From an uncultured Pseudomonadales bacterium (lineage in GTDB: Bacteria > Patescibacteriota > Microgenomatia > UBA1400 > UBA12108), in the NCBI GenBank assembly GCA_964502225.1, contig CAZCUC010000004.1, forward strand, positions 2,641-66,640: a DNA stretch of 64,000 bases, read 5' to 3'. Positions 47,170 through 58,774 of the stretch are shown in pieces. A program made the translations under genes and the position numbers. Below the pieces are notes generated by a model that ran no database searches, was not told where the DNA came from, and saw nothing but the letters and a program-made list of their open reading frames with translations. Numbering within the stretch: position 1 is the stretch's first letter; each line of letters begins with the position of its first letter.

Positions 47170-48062
47170 GTCAGTGGGTGAAAAATGTCGTCGTCTTTGC
47201 GCCGATTATTTTCTCCGGGTTTTTGTTTGTGCCAGGCTATTTTGGTAAAGTTCTTTGGGCTTTTAGCTTGTTTTGTTTGTTGTCCTCGGCGATATATTTA
47301 TTTAATGACTTGATTGACATAAAAAGCGATCGGCTCCATCCGTTTAAAAAAAATAGACCAATCGCTAGTGGGAAACTCGCGGTAGAGTATGCGATCTTTT
47401 TGTTTTTACTACTTTCTGGCCTATCGCTATGGCTAGGCTTGATGACTTCGACTTTCTTTTTTGTGAGTATGGGAGTTTATTTTGTAATGAATATTCTTTA
47501 CTCCCTGTGGTTAAAACAAATTCCCATCCTTGATGTGTTTGTAATTGCGGCGGGATTTATCTTGAGAATCTATGCGGGATCTTTTGTGATCAATGTCCAC
47601 ATGGATGTGTGGTTTTTGCTCACTGTAGTTTCGGCGTCGCTATTCCTGGCTGTCGGGAAGAGAAGAAGTGAAATGACACTCCTTAGTGGTTCGGGGATTG
47701 AAGCGAAGAATTTGCGCGGTACTTTGATCCATTACACGCCGTCACTGCTAGATGCTTATACGTCGATGTTTGCGAATACTACGTGGTTGACCTACGCCCT
47801 GTTTTCTTTTTTACATCCTCCCTTCACTGCCGAGGGGAAAGTACTGAAGTTGTTTGCACTCCTCCCCAGGACTTTGCTCGTAGACAAGTGGCTAATGGCC
47901 ACGGTCCCGGTCGTGATTTTTGGAGTGATGAGATATATGCAGTTAATTTATGAAAAGAATGAAGGTGAGTCTCCACACAAAGTGATTATGTCGGATAAAC
48001 CACTATTGTTGGTCGTAGGACTGTGGGGAATGATGGTGATTACGATTTTATACTTCGTATAA
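47130..48062 (+). CDS. UbiA-family prenyltransferase, decaprenyl-phosphate phosphoribosyltransferase-like
   Basis: UbiA motifs NDLIDIKSDRLHP...RPIASG; 8-9 TM segments. Confidence 0.7.
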   Translation: MDKLVLVFKSIRVGQWVKNVVVFAPIIFSGFLFVPGYFGKVLWAFSLFCLLSSAIYLFNDLIDIKSDRLHPFKKNRPIASGKLAVEYAIFLFLLLSGLSLWLGLMTSTFFFVSMGVYFVMNILYSLWLKQIPILDVFVIAAGFILRIYAGSFVINVHMDVWFLLTVVSASLFLAVGKRRSEMTLLSGSGIEAKNLRGTLIHYTPSLLDAYTSMFANTTWLTYALFSFLHPPFTAEGKVLKLFALLPRTLLVDKWLMATVPVVIFGVMRYMQLIYEKNEGESPHKVIMSDKPLLLVVGLWGMMVITILYFV

Positions 48063-48071
48063 CTTAATAAT

Positions 48072-48968
48072 TTACTTTACTACTGTAGTATATTTGGCTG
48101 AAACCCAACCAATCGAGTTTTCAAACTGCACTTTGTGCCAACCTAGATCAGTAGTTTCTCCTAGATATGGCAAAGTCTCGCCAGTATTGGCTTTGCCTAA
48201 CTCCTCTGATGATCCTGAAGCCTCTTTGCGTACCCTGAGCCAAGTAGTTCCCGTCTCACCAATTAGCACATACGGTTTTGGCATCGTAGTCCCGCTAGAT
48301 GGCTTGGGAGTGCTAGATGAAAGTGTTGAAACTGAAGGGGTGGGAGTGACATCTGGACTCAGGGATTGGGTAGCAGAGGGGGTGGCGGGAGCTGGTGGGG
48401 TAAGGGTGATGGTTTGGCTCGCGAGTTTAAAATTGACAATCAAGTTGTACCCTTTGACAGTGTTGAGAGAGAGATTTTGTTCTAAATAACCGGGAGAGGT
48501 GGCCAAGATATTGTGAGCACCGGGTGAAGTGGCGATTTTAGAGAGCGGAGTAAAGCCACTTGGCTTGTCGTCGATCGTGACATTGATCGTGTCGGGCTCA
48601 GAGATGACTGAGAGATAAGTCTCGCCAGAGGGATCCTCTTGGAGCTGGAGAGTATAGCCAGATGAATCAAGGTCTGAGGAGGCGAAGGTGCGATTGACAA
48701 CTGTTGAGACCTTGGAGGTCAAGAGAATCTTGGTTTCGTAGGGCACGAGATTGTCACTGCCACTGGGGACTAGGCGAAGAGTATATTCACCTGGTTTGAG
48801 ATTTTTGTCGGAATAGGGAGTTTCGCCTTTGTTGTCGCCATTTAAGTAGACTGTTGAGGTGGGGGTTGAAGTAATATCTAGCCCGGCCGGTGGTTTGACA
48901 AAGAGATCTTTGGGAGTGCAACCGCCTAGCACCAGTGAAGCGCCTAGAATCAGGAAAAGTTTTTTCAT
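48072..48968 (-). CDS. lipoprotein with PEGA-like repeats, Ser/Pro/Thr linker and a C-terminal SH3b domain
   Basis: lipobox LVLGGC; start at MKKLFLILG; C-terminal SH3b-like TTWLRVRKEASG...GWVSAKY. Confidence 0.55.
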   Translation of the reverse strand: MKKLFLILGASLVLGGCTPKDLFVKPPAGLDITSTPTSTVYLNGDNKGETPYSDKNLKPGEYTLRLVPSGSDNLVPYETKILLTSKVSTVVNRTFASSDLDSSGYTLQLQEDPSGETYLSVISEPDTINVTIDDKPSGFTPLSKIATSPGAHNILATSPGYLEQNLSLNTVKGYNLIVNFKLASQTITLTPPAPATPSATQSLSPDVTPTPSVSTLSSSTPKPSSGTTMPKPYVLIGETGTTWLRVRKEASGSSEELGKANTGETLPYLGETTDLGWHKVQFENSIGWVSAKYTTVVK

Positions 48969-49046
48969 ACGGTTATATGGTAACACCCCCTTTAACCTTT
49001 GGCTACCAACCCAAATCTTGAGTTTAATCAGGATTGAGGACGGGTA

Positions 49047-49075
49047 TTGACAAAAATATCCCCTCTTTTTATACT
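49047..49075 (+). promoter_or_regulatory. sigma70-type promoter TTGACA-17-TATACT for hsp20
   Basis: ttgaca 49047-49052, tatact 49070-49075; CIRCE begins about +1. Confidence 0.6.
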
Positions 49076-49080
49076 GCATA

Positions 49081-49107
49081 TTAGCACTCGACAAGCTAGA
49101 GTGATAA
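49081..49107. promoter_or_regulatory. CIRCE operator (TTAGCACTC-N9-GAGTGaTAA) upstream of hsp20
   Basis: 9/9 plus 8/9 match with a 9-nt spacer. Confidence 0.8.
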
Positions 49108-49152
49108 CCTCAGCAATATTATAAGTTAGACGAGTGCGAGAGGAGATAATAT

Positions 49153-49557
49153 ATGACTATCATAAGATGGGATCCGATGAGTTCGATGCTCCGCTGGCCT
49201 AATATCTGGGAAGATGAGGACTTTGGGGTAGCGGCAGTTGGATCTGATAACCTGGATGTCTATGAGACCAAAGACGAAGTGGTCGTGAAGGCCAACGTGG
49301 CAGGAGTCGACCCGGATAAGGTTGAGATTACCTTTGAGAAAGGTGTGCTGACCTTGACTGCTCGCGAGGAAGTCGAGCAAAAAGAAGGGACAAAGTACTA
49401 CAAAAAAGCAACCAGATCTTACTCGTACCGCGTGGCGGTACCGGGGAACATTGACCTAGGTTCTGAGCCAGAAGCAAAAGTAACTCACGGAATTGTGTCA
49501 GTGACTTTTAAAAAGGCCGAGGAAGCAAAGCCAAAGAAAATTTCTATTAAAAAATAG
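49153..49557 (+). CDS. Hsp20/alpha-crystallin family small heat-shock protein
   Basis: alpha-crystallin domain (DVYETKDEVVVKANVAGV...GVLTLTA); AGAGGAG SD. Confidence 0.85.
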   Translation: MTIIRWDPMSSMLRWPNIWEDEDFGVAAVGSDNLDVYETKDEVVVKANVAGVDPDKVEITFEKGVLTLTAREEVEQKEGTKYYKKATRSYSYRVAVPGNIDLGSEPEAKVTHGIVSVTFKKAEEAKPKKISIKK

Positions 49558-49576
49558 AAATTTTAGATACCTAGTT

Positions 49577-49603
49577 AGAGCCCCCTGCTAGACAGGGGGC
49601 TCT
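49577..49603. terminator. hairpin terminator after hsp20
   Basis: stem agagccccctg/cagggggctct, 5-nt loop. Confidence 0.55.
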
Positions 49604-49623
49604 GTTATAATCGGGTAGTGATT

Positions 49624-49698
49624 GGCGCAATGGCGAAGTGGTAACGCTGGAGTCTGCAAAACTCCCATGCGAGGGTCCGATTCCCTCTTGCGCCTCCA
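49624..49698 (+). tRNA. tRNA-Cys (anticodon GCA)
   Basis: manual cloverleaf: acceptor ggcgcaa/ttgcgcc, anticodon stem ggagt/actcc with loop ctGCAaa, T-arm gaggg/ccctc, U73 discriminator typical of tRNA-Cys, encoded CCA; TATAAT 12 nt upstream. Confidence 0.8.
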
Positions 49699-49731
49699 TA
49701 CTTTGATCTTGTTGAAATTGTGCAATTAATG

Positions 49732-50805
49732 CTAGTTGTTGGCGATATCTCGCACAGTTTCGATGAGGCGATTGGAATAGCCCCATTCGTTGTCGTACCA
49801 TGCGAATACTTTGACTAGATCACCCCCGATGACTTGGGTGAGTTCGAGATCGACAATGGCAGATTCTCGCCGACCGATAATGTCAGATGAAACCAAGGGT
49901 TCGTCTGTGACAGCCAAAATACCACTGAGCTTGTCAGTCAAGATAGCCTGGCGGAAGAAATTGTTGACTTCTGCAACAGTTGTGGGACGCTTGACGATAA
50001 AAGTGAAGTCAGTGATCGAACCAGTGATGGTAGGAACTCTCAGGGCAATGCCGTCAAATAACCCCTTGAGCTCTGGAATAGCCTCGGTGGCGGCGATCGC
50101 GGCGCCGGTAGAGGTGGGGACGATGTTTTGGGCGGCGGCTCTAGCGCGCCTCAAGTCTTTGTGAGAAGCATCCTGGAGGTTTTGGTCATCGGTATAGCTA
50201 TGGATGGTAGTCATGGCGGCCTTGGCAATGCCTAAGCGCTCCTGGATCACAGAGGCTACAGGGGCTACACAGTTGGTGGTACAAGACGCGTTGTTCAGGA
50301 CTGCGATGGTGTTTTTGTGGTCACTGGCCACGATTTGGTCTTCGTTGACGCCAATGACACTGGTTGGAATCTCCCCTCCTTTAGCTGGTGCAGAGATAAT
50401 GACCTGCTTGGCTCCACCGGCAAGGTGCAGTCTGGCACCACTTTCGCTGGTAAATGCACCCGTAGATTCTATTACTACCTCGATATTGTGTTTGCCCCAA
50501 GGGATCTTGGCTGGATCACGCTGAGCGAAAACGGGGATACGGTACGAAGTATTGAGGATAAGGTATCCGAGCAAGGGGTCAGAATCTGTAACCTCTTTGG
50601 CTGATTGGTATTTCTCATAGGATATATCGCCTGGGAAAAGACCATAAGTGGTGTCGTACTTGAGGAGATGTGCCCATCCCTCGATATCCATGGAGCCAGA
50701 AGTATTAATGGCGCCAAGCTGGAGTGAGTCGCGGTGATATTGCCACCAGACACGCAGAGATAAGCGTCCGATACGACCGAAACCATTGATGGAGAAATTC
50801 TTCAT
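49732..50805 (-). CDS. gap: glyceraldehyde-3-phosphate dehydrogenase
   Basis: NGFGRIGR Rossmann motif, catalytic SCTTNC. Confidence 0.9.
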   Translation of the reverse strand: MKNFSINGFGRIGRLSLRVWWQYHRDSLQLGAINTSGSMDIEGWAHLLKYDTTYGLFPGDISYEKYQSAKEVTDSDPLLGYLILNTSYRIPVFAQRDPAKIPWGKHNIEVVIESTGAFTSESGARLHLAGGAKQVIISAPAKGGEIPTSVIGVNEDQIVASDHKNTIAVLNNASCTTNCVAPVASVIQERLGIAKAAMTTIHSYTDDQNLQDASHKDLRRARAAAQNIVPTSTGAAIAATEAIPELKGLFDGIALRVPTITGSITDFTFIVKRPTTVAEVNNFFRQAILTDKLSGILAVTDEPLVSSDIIGRRESAIVDLELTQVIGGDLVKVFAWYDNEWGYSNRLIETVRDIANN

Positions 50806-50818
50806 ACTTTCAGTATAG

Positions 50819-50843
50819 CCGTAAATCAGTAAATCAGTAAATC
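50819..50843. repeat. octamer tandem repeat (GTAAATCA)x3 = revcomp (TGATTTAC)x3 in the gap promoter region
   Basis: gtaaatcagtaaatcagtaaatcgg; related to the TGATTTA heptamer units. Confidence 0.55.
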
Positions 50844-50986
50844 GGTTTAGTTTGATATACTTTGATATATATGACAGATTTACTCTGGATTTTACCTTTT
50901 CTAGCCTGGATTATTGACCTATAAGTATTGACTTTTAGGGAAAGTTTGGTAGGATCACACGCTTCAGGGCTAACTTAACCCTAAAT

Positions 50987-51541
50987 ATGAGAAAAACCTG
51001 GCATAAAGCCGCAATTTTTGATAAACAGACTTTTTCGCGTGTGTTTGGGATGCAGATGGCTGGCATGGCTATGGCCCTGTCGATTGTGACCTATCCGACA
51101 CATGCGTTTGACTATAACCTCACAACTGAAGGACAGAGAGAATCTCAGGATCTAGTGGTCACTACTTCTACCCAGTACCAGTTCCCGGTCAGCCAAACTC
51201 TGGGTATGTCTCAGGGATATCATGCCTTGCATGCTGGGATTGATTTGCGTGCACCACGTGGAACAGCTATTTTGGCCATGGACGGTGGAGTAGTGATCGA
51301 GGTCGAGAAAATGTTGGTTGGATATGGCCATTTTGTACGTATTGCTCACCAGGGTACTCTATCTACCCTTTATGCCCATCTAGATCAAGTAAGCGTAAAA
51401 CCTGGCGAGAAAGTGGAGAGAGGACAACAGATCGGCACAGTGGGGATGACTGGCTGGTCGACTGGGCCACATCTACACTTTGAGGTCTATGACGGGAACA
51501 AAGCGGTGAATCCAATGGGATATATCGGGAACAAGAATTAA
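50987..51541 (+). CDS. M23-family (LytM-like) metallopeptidase
   Basis: HxxxD (HAGIDL) and HLH (GPHLHFE) zinc-ligand motifs. Confidence 0.75.
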   Translation: MRKTWHKAAIFDKQTFSRVFGMQMAGMAMALSIVTYPTHAFDYNLTTEGQRESQDLVVTTSTQYQFPVSQTLGMSQGYHALHAGIDLRAPRGTAILAMDGGVVIEVEKMLVGYGHFVRIAHQGTLSTLYAHLDQVSVKPGEKVERGQQIGTVGMTGWSTGPHLHFEVYDGNKAVNPMGYIGNKN

Positions 51542-51563
51542 GATTCTAGATTTATGATTTAAG
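51534..51563. repeat. heptamer array element, copy d, between the convergent M23 and pyrH stop codons
   Basis: aagaattaagattctagatttatgatttaag. Confidence 0.55.
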
Positions 51564-52280
51564 CTATTTTACGAGGGTGCCAATCTTCTCTCCCATCACT
51601 GCCCGCTTAGCGTTGCCTTTTTCGAAGAAGTTAAAGACCATAATCGGGAGCTTGTTGTCCATACAGAGGGCAAAGGCAGAAGTATCCATAACCTCTAACC
51701 TGTCCTTGAGCGCGTCCATGTAGCCGAGTTCGGCATATTTCTTGGCATCTGGATATTTGTTGGGATCACGATCATAGATGCCATCGACCTTGGTGGCTTT
51801 CATGATCACATCACAGCCTAGCTCTAGCCCGCGCAAGGCGGCGCCAGTGTCGGTCGTAAAGTAGGGAGCACCAGTACCAGCGGCGAGGATCAGCACCCTC
51901 CCCTTGTCCATGTGGCGGATAGCCCGGCGGCGGATATAGGGCTCTGCCACAGCTGGCATTTCGAGACCTGACTGGACGCGGGTATCTACCCCTATCTTCT
52001 CGAGTGCATCTTGGATGGCTAAACTATTCATGACAGTCGCCAGCATGCCCATGTAGTCGGCGGTAGAGCGCTCGATGCCGTTGGCGGCCCCAGCGATGCC
52101 CCGGAAGATGTTGCCTGCGCCAATGACTACAATGACTTGAGTACCGGTTTCGTGAACAGATTTGATCTCTTGTGCGACCTCTTTGGCCGCCTGGGGATCG
52201 ATGCCGTATTCGCGGTCACCAAGGAGCGATTCTCCCCCGAGCTTGAGTAGGACACGCTTGAAATGTGGGGTAGTTGCCAT
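51564..52280 (-). CDS. pyrH: UMP kinase
   Basis: KLGGESL...IGAGNIFRG amino-acid kinase fold motifs. Confidence 0.9.
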   Translation of the reverse strand: MATTPHFKRVLLKLGGESLLGDREYGIDPQAAKEVAQEIKSVHETGTQVIVVIGAGNIFRGIAGAANGIERSTADYMGMLATVMNSLAIQDALEKIGVDTRVQSGLEMPAVAEPYIRRRAIRHMDKGRVLILAAGTGAPYFTTDTGAALRGLELGCDVIMKATKVDGIYDRDPNKYPDAKKYAELGYMDALKDRLEVMDTSAFALCMDNKLPIMVFNFFEKGNAKRAVMGEKIGTLVK

Positions 52281-52343
52281 ATGTTTTATGATAACACAGT
52301 GAAGCCTGCATGAATGAAGTGATCATCGAAAGAGGTGATTATT

Positions 52344-55244
52344 TTACTCACAATCAGTATTGTCCCAGGTATATTTTTGATTAAAACTATAAACAACATC
52401 ACCTCCACCCTCGAAGGCAACTGGGCAATCGCCTCTTTTGGCAATATCAGGGTCGCCACTTGAACCCCATTCTGTAGGGGTACTTGCGGTAATATTTCTG
52501 GGCTTTTGATCATAAACAATTGAACTTGCGATGCTCTCTAGGGTAATTCCTTCCTTTTCTAGTTGTGATAGATATTGATTCCAGGTCTTTAAGTCGTCTT
52601 CTGGTGTTCCTTTTATCTGTAAATTGTTGTACCTTTTCCCGGCAGACTCCATATATGCTCCGGTAAAATTGAGTACTCCTGCTTTACAATCGGCTTGGGA
52701 GGTACAATAAGGTCCCCTACCTTCAAGACCACTTCCCCACAATTGATTGGCAGAGGCCTCGGAAATAGCCTGAAGGAGTGCCACATCTCCACCAGATTCT
52801 GCAACCAACATCATGGCAGTAAACTCGGCCGGGGTAAGATCACTGTCTTCGTTCCACCAGCCATCATTATCCCTGTACCAGCTGTATAACTCATACATTC
52901 TGGAACCGTCACAGTAAGTGTTGCCACGGCGGATACAATTGCCAGAACCTTTACTACTGAGTCCATTTGGAGGAGTATAAACAGCCCCGGGTACGTTAAC
53001 CGCCGGTTGGCCGGCGGGATTGGAGACGACTGGGTTAGACACAAGTGGGCCGGTATCTAGAGCTGTAGTACCAGTTTGGGCTACCTGTGGAACGGCAGGG
53101 TCAGAGGTCGTGTTGAGAGGTGTCAGGCTAGAGGTTTCTTGAGCGGGAGAGGATTGGAAAGGATTGTTCTCACATGTATCACTACCAAATGAAAATGGAC
53201 TGTCCAAGAGACTATTGTCTGCACAGTAGTTACTCGCACAGTCACTATCTTTACTACAAATATATGTATTTTTTCTTTTTAAAACCTTTCCATTGGTTGG
53301 GTTTAAAATATTATCAGTAAAAGTACTTTTCGCCATACATGTCCAGGCCCTCGTCTCAGTAGTTGGATTGCGGATATATCTACAGTCGCCACTTATGCAA
53401 GAGTCGTCGGATCCCTTGCCTGCACAGCTAGCGCCAGATTCGAGGGATCCATCTTTGGGTTTGGCGTTTACTGGGCTGTCTGGATCATAAACACACTCCC
53501 CTCCATTTCTACCCTCACCGCACATATATCCCGGATTACAGTTGCATGTGGATAATCCTGTACTCTGTGTGTCGATGGCTTCTGGAGGGAAACAGTCGTA
53601 TGTATTCTTTGGATGAGTAGCATCTTTATAGTGGATTTTGGAAATAGACCCCTTTGGACAATGGTCGCCCATAGGAATGTTTATTGGATTCGAATTACTC
53701 CATGGCTGATCCGGATTCTCAAGTTTGTCCTTTTCTTCCTCACTGAGGTTTTGTATCTCTGAGGTTGGAGTGGTACCGGCGGGGGCGACAGCTGAATTTT
53801 CACCAGGGTAAGTAACATTGTCAATGAGTGGTGGTTTGGTATTGGGGTTGCCTGTTGAGTAGTTACATTTACCACCTACTGCGTCATATATACATTTACT
53901 CTCTTCGCCAGGTTTGACGGATTCGCCACCCGTATATATACCATTAGGGTGTACTTTTTCGCCAACCCCTTTCGTCGCACACCCATAGTCTTTAATGTAC
54001 TCTCCACCTCCACTACAGAAATTATAGGATTGAATACCACGAGTGGTAGTGGCTTTGGTATCACAGGTGACGTAAGTCGTCTTATCTCCCAGTTTCTGCA
54101 AACCATCTTTACAGGCGGCTAGAAGAGCTGCTTGCTGTGTTGTTGTAAGGGTGGCGTTTGGCTTACATGATCCATCCGAACCATAAACATACCCTGGGTG
54201 TTGTGTATGACATTCTTTTTCCGATATGGTAAGCGGTTTGAGAAGTTTTAGAGTACATTTCTTATTGGATTCATCGTAAACGTAACCAGATGTGTTGCAA
54301 GATTTTTTAGCAGCTTTTTCCTCATCAGAGAGAGTAGTCCCACTATCCCCATTGCCACCGGGTGGGGTGTTTTTGGCTAACAGTTCTTGACTCAAACTTT
54401 TTACGGTGGCAGTGTCGTAGATGCCGAGAGAATTGAGATAAGCCTTTACACTTTCCTCTGATCCGTTTCCGACATACTTATCTAAGGATTTTTTTGCCGA
54501 CTCTAGAGTTTTTGCATATTCACGCTGAGTGTCGGGAAGATTAATCACATAGAGCTTGTATCCGTCTTTGTCATTCCCCCAGCAGTAGTAACCAGCGACG
54601 CTATTCCCACATTTTTCGTCACCTTTCCAAGAAAAGTCGTATGGGCAACCAAATTTGCCTGAGTTTACCCCAGGGCAGTTACTGTTACCAGAGTCTCCTG
54701 ACTTGTCGTCGGATTTTGGAGTGCTTGGTGAATCTGAAACGTATGATTTTATGCCAGTCTCGGTTAAAGTAAGATCTCCATTATCATCAGTCTTAATAAG
54801 AGGTTCGAAAGGCACGTTGTTGCCCAAATCCCCTCTTTTAGGATCCGTGAGGGTTTCAATAGCTGCTTGTTTAGCTTTGTCATAGTCAGTGGTGGCGTTA
54901 GTAGTCTCAGATTTTTTTGCAAGCTCGACTGCTTTAGTGTATGCAGTGCCAGCTATTAATAAATCAGCTGTAGTTTTGATTTTTTGTTTTTCGGTTTTAG
55001 CTTTATCGGCTTTGTCCGCCGCTTTATTAAGTTCTTCTGCGGCTTTGCGCTCCAAGTCTGTGCCTGCCGTGCTACTGTCTACTTCGGTTATCTTATTTAT
55101 GTTTGGAGAGGCAACAAAGTTATTAAGAATTAGTTTGGAATTGACTAGAAGAAGGAATAGCGTAACCAAGCCTAGTAAGATCCCAATATGCTTCCATGTA
55201 GAGAGTTTGGACTTGCTAAGTTTTAATTTTTTTAGTTTTTTCAT
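52344..55244 (-). CDS. giant (966 aa) N-anchored, extremely Cys-rich extracellular protein, hypothetical
   Basis: N-terminal signal-anchor; about 60 Cys in CxxxC/CxC-type clusters; no recognised domain. Confidence 0.55.
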   Translation of the reverse strand: MKKLKKLKLSKSKLSTWKHIGILLGLVTLFLLLVNSKLILNNFVASPNINKITEVDSSTAGTDLERKAAEELNKAADKADKAKTEKQKIKTTADLLIAGTAYTKAVELAKKSETTNATTDYDKAKQAAIETLTDPKRGDLGNNVPFEPLIKTDDNGDLTLTETGIKSYVSDSPSTPKSDDKSGDSGNSNCPGVNSGKFGCPYDFSWKGDEKCGNSVAGYYCWGNDKDGYKLYVINLPDTQREYAKTLESAKKSLDKYVGNGSEESVKAYLNSLGIYDTATVKSLSQELLAKNTPPGGNGDSGTTLSDEEKAAKKSCNTSGYVYDESNKKCTLKLLKPLTISEKECHTQHPGYVYGSDGSCKPNATLTTTQQAALLAACKDGLQKLGDKTTYVTCDTKATTTRGIQSYNFCSGGGEYIKDYGCATKGVGEKVHPNGIYTGGESVKPGEESKCIYDAVGGKCNYSTGNPNTKPPLIDNVTYPGENSAVAPAGTTPTSEIQNLSEEEKDKLENPDQPWSNSNPINIPMGDHCPKGSISKIHYKDATHPKNTYDCFPPEAIDTQSTGLSTCNCNPGYMCGEGRNGGECVYDPDSPVNAKPKDGSLESGASCAGKGSDDSCISGDCRYIRNPTTETRAWTCMAKSTFTDNILNPTNGKVLKRKNTYICSKDSDCASNYCADNSLLDSPFSFGSDTCENNPFQSSPAQETSSLTPLNTTSDPAVPQVAQTGTTALDTGPLVSNPVVSNPAGQPAVNVPGAVYTPPNGLSSKGSGNCIRRGNTYCDGSRMYELYSWYRDNDGWWNEDSDLTPAEFTAMMLVAESGGDVALLQAISEASANQLWGSGLEGRGPYCTSQADCKAGVLNFTGAYMESAGKRYNNLQIKGTPEDDLKTWNQYLSQLEKEGITLESIASSIVYDQKPRNITASTPTEWGSSGDPDIAKRGDCPVAFEGGGDVVYSFNQKYTWDNTDCE

Positions 55245-55247
55245 AGG

Positions 55248-55598
55248 TTACTCAGACACGATAATTTTTTGAACGACCATAGACAAAGGATTGGGATTTA
55301 ACACACCAGTTATGGTAACAGGTAAACCATCTAGTTGATCAACGCCCTTGACATCAAGGGAAACAGTGCGGCGGTCAGGGAGGACTAAGACAAAATTGCC
55401 AGCCAAATCTTTATGTAAACCACCAGATATAGTGGTATTGCCATATGTAAGTGGCGCTGGGGTGATGGCCATAATGTTGATTGGAGTCGGGGAGAAGTAT
55501 GTTTTATATAGTCCGAAGCAGATTGCGACGAGAAGAGAGAAGACTAGAACCAGATAGATAGGCTTGCGAGAAACACGACGATTACGTTGTTTGGACAT
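55248..55598 (-). CDS. small N-anchored protein, hypothetical (likely co-transcribed with the Cys-rich giant)
   Basis: start at MSKQRNRR; one TM; 4-nt gap to the downstream gene. Confidence 0.4.
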   Translation of the reverse strand: MSKQRNRRVSRKPIYLVLVFSLLVAICFGLYKTYFSPTPINIMAITPAPLTYGNTTISGGLHKDLAGNFVLVLPDRRTVSLDVKGVDQLDGLPVTITGVLNPNPLSMVVQKIIVSE

Positions 55599-55614
55599 GA
55601 ATCTAATGTGACAC

Positions 55615-55644
55615 AAAAAAGCCCCTTGTGCAAGGGGCTTTTAA
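55615..55644 (-). terminator. groEL intrinsic terminator
   Basis: stem agcccctt/aaggggct, 4-nt loop, U6 on the minus transcript. Confidence 0.75.
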
Positions 55645-55664
55645 GCTTTTGTTTATAAACCAGA

Positions 55665-57606
<1,942 letters not shown>

Positions 57607-57631
57607 AGCTCCTCCTTGTAAAATAATAATT

Positions 57632-57658
57632 TTAGCAGTTAAACGATTCGAGTGCTAT
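57632..57658. promoter_or_regulatory. CIRCE operator (TTAGCAgTt-N9-GAGTGCTAt) upstream of groES
   Basis: 7/9 plus 8/9 match, 9-nt spacer, in the groES leader. Confidence 0.7.
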
Positions 57659-57729
57659 ATTAGCTTAGTCGGAGGAAGATTGTCAATGGTTAGACAAGCT
57701 CACCAATGATTGGTATACAATAGCAAAGT

Positions 57730-58743
57730 ATGAATGGAACAATGCTGGCCGTAGTAAAGGAAAAACCAGAGCCTGGGGTAGCTGTAAAGCAAGTGCCAAT
57801 ACCGAGTCCTGAAGAGGGTGAGCTGTTGATCAAAGTGAAGGCGGCCTCGATTTGCGGTACTGATATAGGAATTTATGATTGGACGCCATGGGCTGAATCC
57901 CATATTAAACCCCCAATTGTGATTGGTCATGAAGTGCTGGGCGAAGTGGTTGAGATAAACGGCGAGAGCGAAACCGTTAAGGTGGGAGATTTGGTCTCCT
58001 CTGAAACCCATATCTTCTGCGGCAAGTGTTTCCAGTGCCAGAACAACAGGCGTCACATTTGCGAGAATATGCAGTTGTTTGGGATCGGTAGGAATGGTGG
58101 GTTTGCCGAGTATGCAACCGTGCCAATCCGTACTAGCTGGAAAAACGATCCTGAGATAAAGCAAGATTGGATGTCGGTACAGGAACCATTTGGAAATGCG
58201 GTGCACGCGGTGACAAAGGCAAGTGTGGTAGGCAAGAAAGTGGTAATTTTTGGGTTAGGCCCAACTGGACTCGCCGCCTCGGCAGTAGCAAAGGCCAAAG
58301 ATGCCAGCGAGGTAATAGGGATCGACCCAGTCGAGTATCGTCGCAAGTTGGGAATGGCGATGGGATGCGACAAAGTTTTTGAGGCACTACCTGCAGAGTA
58401 CGACAACACGTGTGATGTGGTGATTGATATGTCTGGATTCCCCCCTGCGATTGCGAGAGCGTTTGACGCCGTCAGAATTGGTGGAGTACTCATGGCCTTT
58501 GGGATCCCCAAGACGCCTATTGCTATCGATTGGGGTAAATATATGATCAACAAAGAACTGACTATTTTGTCTGTTTTTGGACGACACATCTGGGAAACTT
58601 GGGAGGAAACGACAAAATTGCTCAAATCAGGAAAAATCGACTTGGATCCGATTATCACCCATCGTTTCCCGCTCTCGCAGTTTGAAGAAGCCATGGCAGT
58701 GATGAAGTCGGGACAATCGGGCAAGATTGTACTCACGCCGTGA
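57730..58743 (+). CDS. tdh: L-threonine 3-dehydrogenase (Zn-dependent MDR family)
   Basis: catalytic Zn ligands C..H..E, structural Zn Cys cluster CGKCFQC...C, GLGPTG Rossmann motif; adjacent kbl. Confidence 0.8.
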   Translation: MNGTMLAVVKEKPEPGVAVKQVPIPSPEEGELLIKVKAASICGTDIGIYDWTPWAESHIKPPIVIGHEVLGEVVEINGESETVKVGDLVSSETHIFCGKCFQCQNNRRHICENMQLFGIGRNGGFAEYATVPIRTSWKNDPEIKQDWMSVQEPFGNAVHAVTKASVVGKKVVIFGLGPTGLAASAVAKAKDASEVIGIDPVEYRRKLGMAMGCDKVFEALPAEYDNTCDVVIDMSGFPPAIARAFDAVRIGGVLMAFGIPKTPIAIDWGKYMINKELTILSVFGRHIWETWEETTKLLKSGKIDLDPIITHRFPLSQFEEAMAVMKSGQSGKIVLTP

Positions 58744-58774
58744 GGGAGGCTAGATACAAGGAGATAGATATTAG

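Noticed and set aside
52286-52519. 77-aa ORF at the 3' end of the Cys-rich giant gene
   Set aside because: It overlaps the C-terminal coding region of the 966-aa protein in another frame and has no support.
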